DNA of 64,000 nucleotides. Source: an uncultured delta proteobacterium (GTDB lineage: Bacteria > Myxococcota_A > Polyangia > Polyangiales > Polyangiaceae). The notes below the pieces were generated by a model. The model was given only the letters and a program-made list of their open reading frames with translations, was not told where the DNA came from and made no database searches. A program made the translations under genes and the position numbers. Below are positions 53,541 to 64,000 of the stretch, piece after piece. The first letter of the stretch is position 1. Each line of letters begins with the position of its first letter. The stretch is from positions 1,536,001-1,600,000 of the forward strand of contig CAWJCS010000005.1 in assembly GCA_963841435.1 (NCBI GenBank). Reading direction: 5' to 3'.

Positions 53541-54792
53541 CTTTTTCTGCCCTCGCCGTAGCCGTGCGCGCTCGGCGCCCGCGTTTTTTGTCCTGTTGGA
53601 CGCCAATTCGGGCGATGGCGTCGACCAGCGACCGGTGAGCGCGGTCGTAGGCAGTGGGGCCGATCTCACCGCGATGACGCGCCTTGGCGAGCACGACGAG
53701 CTCGGAAAAGAGCAGATCGCGAGCTCGGGCTCGATCGCCCAGATGCCGCTCGGTCGGAGCGATCTTGAGCTTGCCCGCCGCTGCCAATCCGCCCGCGACT
53801 CCGAACGCAAGAGCGATAGCAACGGCGACCCAGCGCCCTTCATCGGGTGTCGGTAGTCCCGTGAGCACGATGGTGAACGCACCGACCTCCGGCTCACCGC
53901 GCCCGACGAGCCGTCGCGTTACGAGCACGTGATCACCGCTCGGCCCCGTGCCCTCGCGCGGCGGCTCGAAGCCGTCAACCTCGAGCCCCATGTTCTTGTT
54001 CGCGACGGCGATGACGCGCATCTCCGCGGTGCGTGCCGGCGGACGGACCGAAAACGTCATGCTCGTCGAGTCCGGCTTCGGCACCTGAAAGCGAAAGCTC
54101 ACGTCCTGCTGGCCTGGGGGAAAAGTGCCGACGAGGCGCGCGCCGCGGCCGTCCACGGCTTCGAAACGCGCGTCGAACATCGACTCGCCGGCGTTGAACG
54201 CCTTGAAGTCGCTCGGCAAGGACATGATCACGTCCTTGGGCACCCAGGCGGCCTTGCCCAGATTGATCACGCGGAAGAGCGTTTCGATCTGAAAGACGTC
54301 GTCGCGCGTCTCGATGTAGAAAAAGCCGCGCATCCCCACGATCGCCTGAGCCGGATCGGTCGTGACGGGATAGACGTGCAGCGTCACGCGCATGCCGTGA
54401 TCGCGCAGGTTGAACGGGGTCGACGCATACTCGGCGGGGCCCGAGCGGGCCGTGACGCGGTAGGCGTAGTTGCTGCCGGTCTCGAGACCGTCGAAGCGAG
54501 TCTTGCCGTCGGTGCCGGTTTTTTGGGTGCGCGAGGTGCGCGATTCACCCTCGGCGATCTTCTGGAACAGGATGCCGAGGCGCACGTCATGGCCAGCGAT
54601 CGGCGCGTCGTTGCCGTCAACCAGCGCGACTTCGATGCTGTCGTGCGGCAGGTCGAGGGCCGGCTCCTCGGTGTTGGGCCGCGCGTCGCCGTGTGGCGAA
54701 GCGTGCGGATTGTCCATGGCGCCCTGCGGGCGCGCTGGCGACGCGAGGAGCAGGCCGCCGAGCAGCGACAGCGAGACAACCAGACGCTTCAT
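53518..54792 (-). CDS. Secreted/membrane protein with carboxypeptidase-regulatory-like beta-sandwich and C-terminal TM plus helical tail (ccm-cluster associated)
   Basis: Signal peptide; TGTDGKTRFDGL motif; C-terminal TM then R..L..EL..L....G.I....Y; ATGA-coupled to the upstream gene. Confidence 0.7.
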   Translation of the reverse strand: MKRLVVSLSLLGGLLLASPARPQGAMDNPHASPHGDARPNTEEPALDLPHDSIEVALVDGNDAPIAGHDVRLGILFQKIAEGESRTSRTQKTGTDGKTRFDGLETGSNYAYRVTARSGPAEYASTPFNLRDHGMRVTLHVYPVTTDPAQAIVGMRGFFYIETRDDVFQIETLFRVINLGKAAWVPKDVIMSLPSDFKAFNAGESMFDARFEAVDGRGARLVGTFPPGQQDVSFRFQVPKPDSTSMTFSVRPPARTAEMRVIAVANKNMGLEVDGFEPPREGTGPSGDHVLVTRRLVGRGEPEVGAFTIVLTGLPTPDEGRWVAVAIALAFGVAGGLAAAGKLKIAPTERHLGDRARARDLLFSELVVLAKARHRGEIGPTAYDRAHRSLVDAIARIGVQQDKKRGRRARTATARAEKASSTPSG

Positions 54793-55330
54793 GCGCTCTC
54801 CTCGTCCCCCTCCGAGTGCGGAGCCGCAAGCTCGGGATCGGAGGGTGGCTCCGTGGCTTCGGCGGGGGGCTCGGGCTCGCGAGCCTTCTCCTTCGCGTTC
54901 TTTTCTTCGGCGCGCAGCCGGTCCGCGAGCTGTCGCTCGACCTCGGCACGCTCGTCGGCGCCGCCGGCGTCGAGGGCGGCAATGAGACGGCGCGCCTCGG
55001 CGCGATACCGCGTCGAGAGCTCTCTGTAGTCTTCGTCGCCGATCTTGCCGACGCTGCGCTCGAACTCGAGATCCTTGAGAGCGCGCAACACGGCGCGCTT
55101 CTGTTCCTCTTCCGCGGACGGCGCCCCGAGGCTTAGGGCTTCTTCGAGCGAAAGCGGCGACTCTCCCGTGAGGCTCTGGACGCTCGCCCAGAGCAGCGCA
55201 ATGACGCCCACGAGCGCGCCGCCTGCGATGACGAGCAGCGCGATCTCGACGCCGAGCGTGGCGCCGGCCGCTGCGGCTCCCACGAGGGTGACGAGCGGTA
55301 GCAGCAGGGGAAGCGGCAGCGGCGGCCGCT

Positions 55331-55334
<4 letters not shown>
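54789..55334 (-). CDS. Membrane protein resembling the CcmI N-terminal module (cytochrome c maturation cluster)
   Basis: Two TM helices then K..VLRALKDLEFE...GKI...DY..L...YR; ATGA overlap with the ccmF stop. Confidence 0.7.
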
Positions 55335-57640
<2,306 letters not shown>

Positions 57641-57759
57641 GGCGGGGGCCGGAGCTTACTCCAATCGAACGCGGGGGGCCCTTTTTGCCGTTCGAGCGTC
57701 CTCGCCTGCGAAGAAAGGGTGCTCGATAGCCGGGAATAACTGGCGCGTGGAGTCGGTTC

Positions 57760-58488
57760 TCACGCCTCGTCGGAGACCGTCGTGCCGAGGTGCTCGCCCC
57801 AGCACACGCGCCGGATGTTACCGGGGGTCATGCGAAAGACGTGGATCCTCAAGCCGTTGTCGCGGCAGAGGGCGACGGCGGTCGCGTCCATGACGCCCAG
57901 GTGATCGGCGAGCAGTCGGTCGTAGTTCACGCGCTCGAGCAGGGTGGCTCCTGCGTGGTGCACTGGGTCCCGGTCGTAGATTCCGTCCACTTTGGTCGCC
58001 TTGAGCAGCCCGTCGGCGCGCACCTCCATGGCCCGGAGCGCGGCGGCAGTGTCCGTGGAAAAGAATGGGTTGCCCGTACCGGCGGCGAAAATCACCGTGT
58101 GACCGCGCTCGAGATGACGGATGGCCCGTCGCCGGATGTACGGCTCGGCGACCTGCTGGATCGAGATGGCCGTCATCACCCGTGTCGGCAGTCCGACGCG
58201 CTCGAGCGCGTCTTGGAGGGCGAGCGCGTTGATGACCGTGGCAAGCATCCCCATGTAGTCGCTCTGCGCGCGGTCCATGCCCTCGCTGGCGCCTCTCAGG
58301 CCGCGGAAGATGTTGCCGCCGCCCACGACCAGAGCGATCTGCACGCCCGTGGCTTGGACGTCGCGGAGCTCCTCCGCGGTCGCGCGGAGCGTGGCGGTAT
58401 CGATCCCCGAGCCGCCCTGTTTGCCGCTCAACGCCTCCCCGCTGAGCTTGATGACCACCCGCTTGTAGCGCTGAGTCTTCTCTTCCAC
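57760..58488 (-). CDS. pyrH: UMP kinase
   Basis: [52 protein letters not shown] and VDGIY..DP. Confidence 0.97.
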   Translation of the reverse strand: MEEKTQRYKRVVIKLSGEALSGKQGGSGIDTATLRATAEELRDVQATGVQIALVVGGGNIFRGLRGASEGMDRAQSDYMGMLATVINALALQDALERVGLPTRVMTAISIQQVAEPYIRRRAIRHLERGHTVIFAAGTGNPFFSTDTAAALRAMEVRADGLLKATKVDGIYDRDPVHHAGATLLERVNYDRLLADHLGVMDATAVALCRDNGLRIHVFRMTPGNIRRVCWGEHLGTTVSDEA

Positions 58489-58672
58489 GAGCACGGCTCC
58501 TACTCTCGTGCGGGGCGACGGGCAACCAGCGGCGGCGACACGACCTGGCCGGCCGCGGTTCCGCCGACGCTCGACACGCGCGTGGATGCCCCTCGCGCGC
58601 GCCGTGCCCGGCGGCTGGAGGCGCCCGGGGCGTGCTCGACGAGGGCGCCCGGCCGTAGTATCCCCCGGCGCG

Positions 58673-59815
58673 ATGGCGCATAGGGATCGGAGGCTCGTGA
58701 GACCAACACACCTGGGGCGATGGGGTCGAAGGCTCGTCGTGTGGGCCGCGCTCGTCGCGGCGCTCGTCAGCTGCTCGAAGAAGAAGAAGGACGAGCCCCA
58801 CGCGGCCGCCTCGGCGAGCGCGTCGGCGGGTCCGAAGGCGCTGTCGCCCGAGCTTGCCAAAAAGACACTCGCGAAGGTGGGTGATCGCGTGATCACCCTC
58901 GGCGACTACGCCGCGGCGCTCGAGCGCATGGACCCCTTCGAGCGTATGCGCTATCAGTCGCCGGATCGTCGTCGGCGTCTGCTCGACGAGATGGTGGAGG
59001 TGGAGCTCCTCGCGCAGGAAGCCGCGCGACGTGGGCTCGACAAGGCGCCCGAAACCAAGGAACGCATCCGGCAAGTCCTGCGCGACGAGGTGCTCGAGGA
59101 AGTGCGCAAGGGCGCCCCCGGCGCGAACGATATCCCCGAGGCGGACCTGAGAGCGTACTACGACGCCCACAAGGACGACTTTGCAGAGCCCGAGCGCCGG
59201 CGGGTGGCCGCCATCGTGCTCGACAGCGAGCCCTCGGCGAAAGCCGCGCTCGCCAAGGCGATGGGCGCCGAAGGCAAGGCGTGGGGCGAGCTCGTCGAGC
59301 GCCTCTCCGTGCAGAGGGGCCCGCGCCTCAGCTCGACCCCGAGCGAGCTTTCGGGCGATCTCGGCATCGTGGGGCCGCCCGGTCACCCGCGTGGCGCGAA
59401 CCCTCGCGTGCCCGAGCCCGTGCGAGAGGCTGCGTTCAAGGTGGCCGAGCTCAACAAGACGTATCCCTCCATCGTGGAGTCCGACGGAAAGTTTTACGTC
59501 ATCCGCGTGACGAGCAAGTCGCCCGGTCGCGAGCGCCGCTACGAAGAGTCCGTGCGAGCGATCCGCACGGCTGTCGTCCAGGCCCGCATCAAGGAGCGCG
59601 AGCAAGCGCTCGAGAAGGATCTGCGCGGCCGCTTCCCCGTGAAGGTCGACGACACGGTGCTCGCCGCGATGACGTTGCCGCCGCCGGCGCCCGCCGGCGC
59701 CCGCATCTCGTCGTCCCCCGGCGCACTCACGCCAGGCAACTTCAAGATCCCGGCTCTACCGAAGCTCACGGGCATGGCGCCACACGGCAAGCCGTCGGTC
59801 GCGTCGCCAAAGTGA
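58673..59815 (+). CDS. PpiC/parvulin-type peptidyl-prolyl isomerase lipoprotein (PrsA/SurA-like)
   Basis: Lipobox LVSC; LAKVG...IT; LL.QEA.RRGLD; ..YY..H...F..PE.R; S...GDLG. Confidence 0.85.
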   Translation: MAHRDRRLVRPTHLGRWGRRLVVWAALVAALVSCSKKKKDEPHAAASASASAGPKALSPELAKKTLAKVGDRVITLGDYAAALERMDPFERMRYQSPDRRRRLLDEMVEVELLAQEAARRGLDKAPETKERIRQVLRDEVLEEVRKGAPGANDIPEADLRAYYDAHKDDFAEPERRRVAAIVLDSEPSAKAALAKAMGAEGKAWGELVERLSVQRGPRLSSTPSELSGDLGIVGPPGHPRGANPRVPEPVREAAFKVAELNKTYPSIVESDGKFYVIRVTSKSPGRERRYEESVRAIRTAVVQARIKEREQALEKDLRGRFPVKVDDTVLAAMTLPPPAPAGARISSSPGALTPGNFKIPALPKLTGMAPHGKPSVASPK

Positions 59816-60921
59816 GCCAGCCCGTCGTCGCGCTCCCGCGCGCCTCCGAGAGCGCGAGCGAGTGGGGCGACGAGCTTCGCCGCGCGGTGCGAACCGCTGA
59901 CGAGCTCGCCCGGGTGCTGCGACTGACTCCCGAAGAGCTCGCGGGCGCGCGGGCCGCCGAGGTTCAGGGACTGCCGCTGCTCGTCACGCCGTACTACCTG
60001 TCGCTCTGTGACCCGGACGATTCCGCTTGTCCCATCCGGCGACAGATCGTGCCGCACGCCGCCGAAGCCCTCACGCTCCGCGGCGACCTCGTGGACCCGC
60101 TCGGTGAAGCCGCGCACGAGGTGGCGCCGGATCTCGTCCAGCGCTACCCCGATCGCGCGCTGATCGTCGCCACGGATCGCTGCGCCGTCTATTGCCGGTT
60201 CTGCACGCGCTCGCGGCTCGTCGGCGCCGGCGGCGGCGCTCGCTCGCTCGAGCATCTCGCACCCGCTTTCGCGTACCTCGAGTCTCACCCCGAAGTTCGC
60301 AACGTCATCGTGAGCGGCGGAGACCTGCTTGCGATGGCGACCGCGCGCGTCGAGCGCCTGGTGGCGCGGCTGCGCGCCATCCCCAGCATCGAGACGATCC
60401 GCCTCGCGACGCGCGTGCCCGTCGTGCTGCCGCAACGCATCACCGACGAGCTCCTGGCGGCGCTCCGGCCCCATCACCCACTCTGGGTCATGACGCATTT
60501 CAACCATCCGCGCGAGCTCACGGAGCGCTCGCGGGCGGCGCTGCGGCGGCTCGCCGACGCGGGCTTTCCCGTGATGAACCACACCGTTCTTCTCAAGGGC
60601 GTCAACGACGACGCGACCACGCTCGCGGCGCTGTTTCGCGGCCTGGTGCGCGAGCGCGCGCGCCCCTACTACCTTCTGCAGATGGACCCGGTACGCGGCT
60701 CCTCGCACCTCAGAACGCCGCTCGCGACGGGCGTCGCCATCATGGAAGCCCTGCAGGGACGACTGAGCGGCATCGCTCTGCCGAAGCTCATCGTCAACAC
60801 ACCGGGCGGCTTTGGCAAGGTGCCCCACGGTCCCGATTACGTCGTCGAGCGCGGCGAGGGCGTGACGCGTTTTCGAACGCCGCGCGGTGTCGAGGTCAAC
60901 TACTTCGATCCCGAAGGGTGA
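59812..60921 (+). CDS. KamA-family radical SAM enzyme (lysine 2,3-aminomutase-like)
   Basis: CPIRRQ, DPLGE, RYPDR, CAVYCRFCTR, SGGD, HFNHPRE, LKGVND, PYYL and PGG.GKVP; GTGA overlap with the PPIase gene. Confidence 0.95.
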   Translation: MSQPVVALPRASESASEWGDELRRAVRTADELARVLRLTPEELAGARAAEVQGLPLLVTPYYLSLCDPDDSACPIRRQIVPHAAEALTLRGDLVDPLGEAAHEVAPDLVQRYPDRALIVATDRCAVYCRFCTRSRLVGAGGGARSLEHLAPAFAYLESHPEVRNVIVSGGDLLAMATARVERLVARLRAIPSIETIRLATRVPVVLPQRITDELLAALRPHHPLWVMTHFNHPRELTERSRAALRRLADAGFPVMNHTVLLKGVNDDATTLAALFRGLVRERARPYYLLQMDPVRGSSHLRTPLATGVAIMEALQGRLSGIALPKLIVNTPGGFGKVPHGPDYVVERGEGVTRFRTPRGVEVNYFDPEG

Positions 60922-60977
60922 GCGCCGGCTCGCTCGTCGACCCTGCGCGAGGGGCCGGCGGCGTGCAGGCGCGGGGC

Positions 60978-62528
60978 TCAGAGCGGCATGTTGCCGTGCT
61001 TCTTCGGCGGGTTCTTGTCGCGCTTGGTGCGGAAAAGCTCGAGGTACGCGCCGAGCCGGCGACGCGAGTCCCGGGGTCGAATGACCTCGTCGACGAAGCC
61101 GAGGCCCGCGGCCAGGTAGGGGCTCGCGAAGCGAGCCCGGTAGTCCCTCACGAAGTCGGCGCGCGCTGCATCGGGATCGGCCGCCGCCTCGATCGCGGCG
61201 CGATGCACGACGTTGACCGCCGCCTCGGGCCCCATCACGGCAATCTCGGCAGTCGGGAAGGCGAGGTTCACGTCGGCGCGGATGTGCTTGCTGTTCATCA
61301 CGTCGTAGGCTCCGCCGTAGGCCTTGCGCGTGATGACCGTGAGCTTCGGCACCGTCGCTTCGCTGAACGCGTAGAGCAGCTTCGCCCCGTGAGCGATGAT
61401 GCCGCGGTGCTCCTGATCGACACCCGGCAAGAAGCCGGGCACATCGACCCACACGACGAGTGGCACGTTGAAGCAGTCGCAGAAGCGAACGAAGCGCGCC
61501 GCCTTGACGCTCGCGTCGATGTCGAGCACGCCCGCGAGCACCGCGGGTTGATTCGCGACGACCCCGACGGGCCGCCCACCCATGCGCGCGAATCCGACGA
61601 TGATGTTCTTGGCGAAGCCCGCGTGGATCTCGAATAGATCGCCGTCGTCGACGGTGGCCTCGATGACGCGGCGCATGTCGTAGGGCTTGTGGGTCTCGAC
61701 GGGGATCAGACGGTCGAGCTCGGGCGCGTCGCGGTCGATGGGATCGGTGGCGGCGCGGCGAGGTGGATCCTCGGCGTTGTTGGAGGGCAAGAAGCCGAGC
61801 AGCTCGCGCACGGCGTCGAGACAGGCGCCATCGTCGGGCGCCGTAACGTGGCACACGCCGCTCTTTTCGGCGTGGGTCGCGGCGCCGCCCAGCGTTTCCT
61901 TCGTCACGTCCTCGTGGGTGACGGCGCGAATCACGTCCGGGCCCGTGATGAACATGTAGCTCGTGCCCTCCACCATGAGGATGAAATCGGTGATGGCCGG
62001 CGAGTACACGGCGCCCCCCGCGCACGGACCCATGATGCAAGAGAGCTGCGGCACGACGCCGCTCAAGAGCGTGTTCCGAAGGAAGATGTCGGCGTAGCCC
62101 GCGAGCGCGGCGACGCCTTCCTGGATGCGGGCGCCGCCCGAATCGTTGAGCCCGATCACCGGCGTGCCGACGCGTAGCGCATGCTCCATGAGGCGTACGA
62201 TCTTCTCGGCGTGGGCGGCGCCGAGCGAGCCGCCGAGCACGGTGAAATCCTGCGCGAACACGCAGACCCGCCGACCCTCGACGGTGCCGTGGCCGGTGAC
62301 GACCCCGTCGCCGGGGGCGCTGTCGGTCCCTCCGAGATTCGTGGCGCGGTGCGTGACGAAGCCGCCCATCTCGACGAAGCTTTCGGGATCGAGCAGCCGG
62401 GTGATGCGCTCCCGCGCCGTCAGCTTGTTGGCCGCATGCTGCTTTTCGATGCGCGCCTCGCCGCCGCCCCCGAGCGCAGCGAGCTCGCGCGCAGCGAGCT
62501 CGGCGAAACGATCCGTTTCGTCGCTCAT
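60978..62528 (-). CDS. Acyl-CoA (propionyl/methylmalonyl-CoA-type) carboxylase carboxyltransferase subunit
   Basis: LTARERI..LLD, GDGVVTG.G, DSGGARIQEG, GPCAGGAVYSP, DVPGFLPG, RKAYGGAY and KKHGN.PL. Confidence 0.97.
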   Translation of the reverse strand: MSDETDRFAELAARELAALGGGGEARIEKQHAANKLTARERITRLLDPESFVEMGGFVTHRATNLGGTDSAPGDGVVTGHGTVEGRRVCVFAQDFTVLGGSLGAAHAEKIVRLMEHALRVGTPVIGLNDSGGARIQEGVAALAGYADIFLRNTLLSGVVPQLSCIMGPCAGGAVYSPAITDFILMVEGTSYMFITGPDVIRAVTHEDVTKETLGGAATHAEKSGVCHVTAPDDGACLDAVRELLGFLPSNNAEDPPRRAATDPIDRDAPELDRLIPVETHKPYDMRRVIEATVDDGDLFEIHAGFAKNIIVGFARMGGRPVGVVANQPAVLAGVLDIDASVKAARFVRFCDCFNVPLVVWVDVPGFLPGVDQEHRGIIAHGAKLLYAFSEATVPKLTVITRKAYGGAYDVMNSKHIRADVNLAFPTAEIAVMGPEAAVNVVHRAAIEAAADPDAARADFVRDYRARFASPYLAAGLGFVDEVIRPRDSRRRLGAYLELFRTKRDKNPPKKHGNMPL

Positions 62529-62791
62529 CGTCGCTTGGCTCGAGCATAGCTCGGGAGGGTCGCTCACGAAAAGACTGCGCGCGCTGGGCTGAGCCGATGG
62601 TCGATGCCGCGATGGATCTCGCCGGCGCGTGGTTCGGTCCCCGCCCGGCGCCGGGCGGCTGCTCGTCGATCTCGCTCAGCGGCTTGCTGCGGCAGCGCCT
62701 GCGCCCGGGGACGTACCGCTCGTTTCGCGAGGATCCCGCCGACGCCTGACGACCGGCCAAGGCGCCGAACGTTCGGCGCAGGAGCGGTCGC

Positions 62792-63403
62792 TCAGCGCGG
62801 GCGGCGCGCCGCGAGCCGCCTCAAGCGGTCGATGACCGTCGCGAGGACGTGCTCCTGCTCGATCGGCGCGAGAAATTCGCGGTACGCGTCGAGCCGTTGC
62901 CTCACGCGCTCGCCGGCCTCGGTGTCCGCTTCGAAGCAGGCGGCGTCGGCGTCGCTCACGTCGAAGTTGATGGCGCCGCGGCAACGCGCGGTGCCGCAAC
63001 GGCAAGGATCGCGCTCGGGCTGGTTCTCCGTCACCCATCCGTAGAAGATCGTGATCTCCTGGCCCGGTGCGATCCGCCGCCGGCACTGAATCCGCCCGTC
63101 GCCGCTCGCGTAAAGATCCGCGTTCGGATCACAGCTGTGGTTGCACAACCAGCCACCGGGCATCTCGGTGTCGGGCACGAGCACGCTGCCGTCGTTCGTC
63201 AGCAGGGTGAGCTTGGTCGCCGAAAGCGCCGCCGCCTCGGGATCACTGCGGTCGAGGCGCCGGAGCTTCGGCGCGTAGGGCACGATCGTCTCGCCGCGCT
63301 CGAAAACGCGCCGTGCGAACACGCCGCGCCCCTCGATGCCGCTATGCTCGTAGACCACGGGTGCGAGAGTCCACTTCGAGCGCGTCCTTTCCCGCTTCGG
63401 CAT
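62792..63403 (-). CDS. SET-domain protein-lysine methyltransferase with post-SET Cys motif
   Basis: SGIEGRGVFA, NHSCDPN, GQEITIFY and CRCG...CRG. Confidence 0.93.
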   Translation of the reverse strand: MPKRERTRSKWTLAPVVYEHSGIEGRGVFARRVFERGETIVPYAPKLRRLDRSDPEAAALSATKLTLLTNDGSVLVPDTEMPGGWLCNHSCDPNADLYASGDGRIQCRRRIAPGQEITIFYGWVTENQPERDPCRCGTARCRGAINFDVSDADAACFEADTEAGERVRQRLDAYREFLAPIEQEHVLATVIDRLRRLAARRPR

Positions 63404-63452
63404 GCGCCCCAGGCTAAGGCGGCCCGACCCTGCGCGCGAGCGCTCGCTCTGC

Positions 63453-64000
63453 TCAGAACGAGCAGGTGTTGCCGCAGCTACCGCTCGGCGTCGCGCCCGT
63501 CATGGCCTGGTAGTGGGCGGTGATCTCGGCCTGGCTCAAGAGAAAATCGTAGAACGCGACTTTCGCGACCATACCGGGGAACCACGCGTCGCCCGCCATC
63601 GTCCCCACGTTGACCGGGCTGTCGTTCGCCTGCGGAACCACGCTGTACTGGCTCATGCAGCCGGTCTGGCCGTGGCTCCCATGATCCCACTTCACGCCGT
63701 TCACCCAAATCTCGATCGAGCCCGGATAGCTGCTCGCGTTCTGGCAATCGGACGGCTCGCTCTCGAGCGTGTACTCGCCCACGACGTGATAAAACGCATC
63801 GGCTTCGAGCAAGCCGCACGTCGGCTGCCAATCCGCCGCCGAGCCGAGCCCCGCGCTCGGATTGAAGACGTAGGCGGAGATGCGATTGCAGCGACTCTCC
63901 GGGTTGGTCGTCTTGTACATGCGTGCTTCCCACTCGCAGGTCGGTGAGTAGCTTTCGCACTTGCCCATCCAGTCAACGTATCCGTTGCTGTCGTTCGGAA
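63453..64000 (-). CDS. LamG/concanavalin-like jelly-roll domain protein, C-terminal part (start beyond the window)
   Basis: FYHVVG.Y, IWVNGV, ..VG....F.G...KVAFYD..LSQAEI.AHY; the frame is open to the window end. Confidence 0.85.
   Translation of the reverse strand, partial: PNDSNGYVDWMGKCESYSPTCEWEARMYKTTNPESRCNRISAYVFNPSAGLGSAADWQPTCGLLEADAFYHVVGEYTLESEPSDCQNASSYPGSIEIWVNGVKWDHGSHGQTGCMSQYSVVPQANDSPVNVGTMAGDAWFPGMVAKVAFYDFLLSQAEITAHYQAMTGATPSGSCGNTCSF

Noticed and set aside
59539-62760. 1073-aa minus-strand ORF and other long Arg/Ala/Pro-rich overlapping ORFs (e.g. 48756-50762, 55430-57739, 44390-46219, 16752-18590)
   Set aside because: Shadow or antisense frames of well-recognised genes; stop codons are scarce at this GC content; no motifs.
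62529-62791. Small ORFs in the gap between the carboxylase and SET genes
   Set aside because: No start or RBS support and low-complexity translations; only a palindrome is notable.

Overview
A very GC-rich (roughly 70% by eye) chromosomal window from a myxobacterium, most likely Polyangia/Polyangiaceae (Sorangium-like). The evidence is mglB-mglA, a Hanks kinase/PEGA-like pair, an FHA-sigma54 activator and Gly-rich lipoproteins. Most of the window is core genome: dnaN-recF-gyrB, clpB, ligA, cinA, recX, rarA, yggS, hpt, pyrH, tlyA, comEC, ccmF, a KamA-family radical SAM enzyme and an acyl-CoA carboxylase beta subunit. I found no rRNA, tRNA, CRISPR array or mobile element. The most notable observations are: (1) a probable replication origin (tandem DnaA-box-like sites, GGCC spacer, DnaA-trio-like run, AT-rich patch) just upstream of dnaN, with no dnaA beside it; (2) a complete sigma54 enhancer/promoter just downstream of the FHA-sigma54 activator that appears to drive a structured non-coding RNA ahead of clpB; (3) an identical 18-bp element at the same 31-nt offset from the starts of recF and an M32 carboxypeptidase gene; (4) a translationally coupled pair of giant TPR-DUF3857-transglutaminase-like envelope proteins, one with a catalytic triad and one apparently without; (5) many genes with a TAnnnT -10 box 5-9 nt before the start codon, suggesting leaderless or short-leader mRNAs; (6) several unannotated small or repeat proteins. 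Four +1 frameshifts (near 5300, 10635, 11978 and 20000) look like sequencing or assembly insertion errors, so single-base conclusions need read-level checks. All family assignments are from motif recognition by eye, not database searches.
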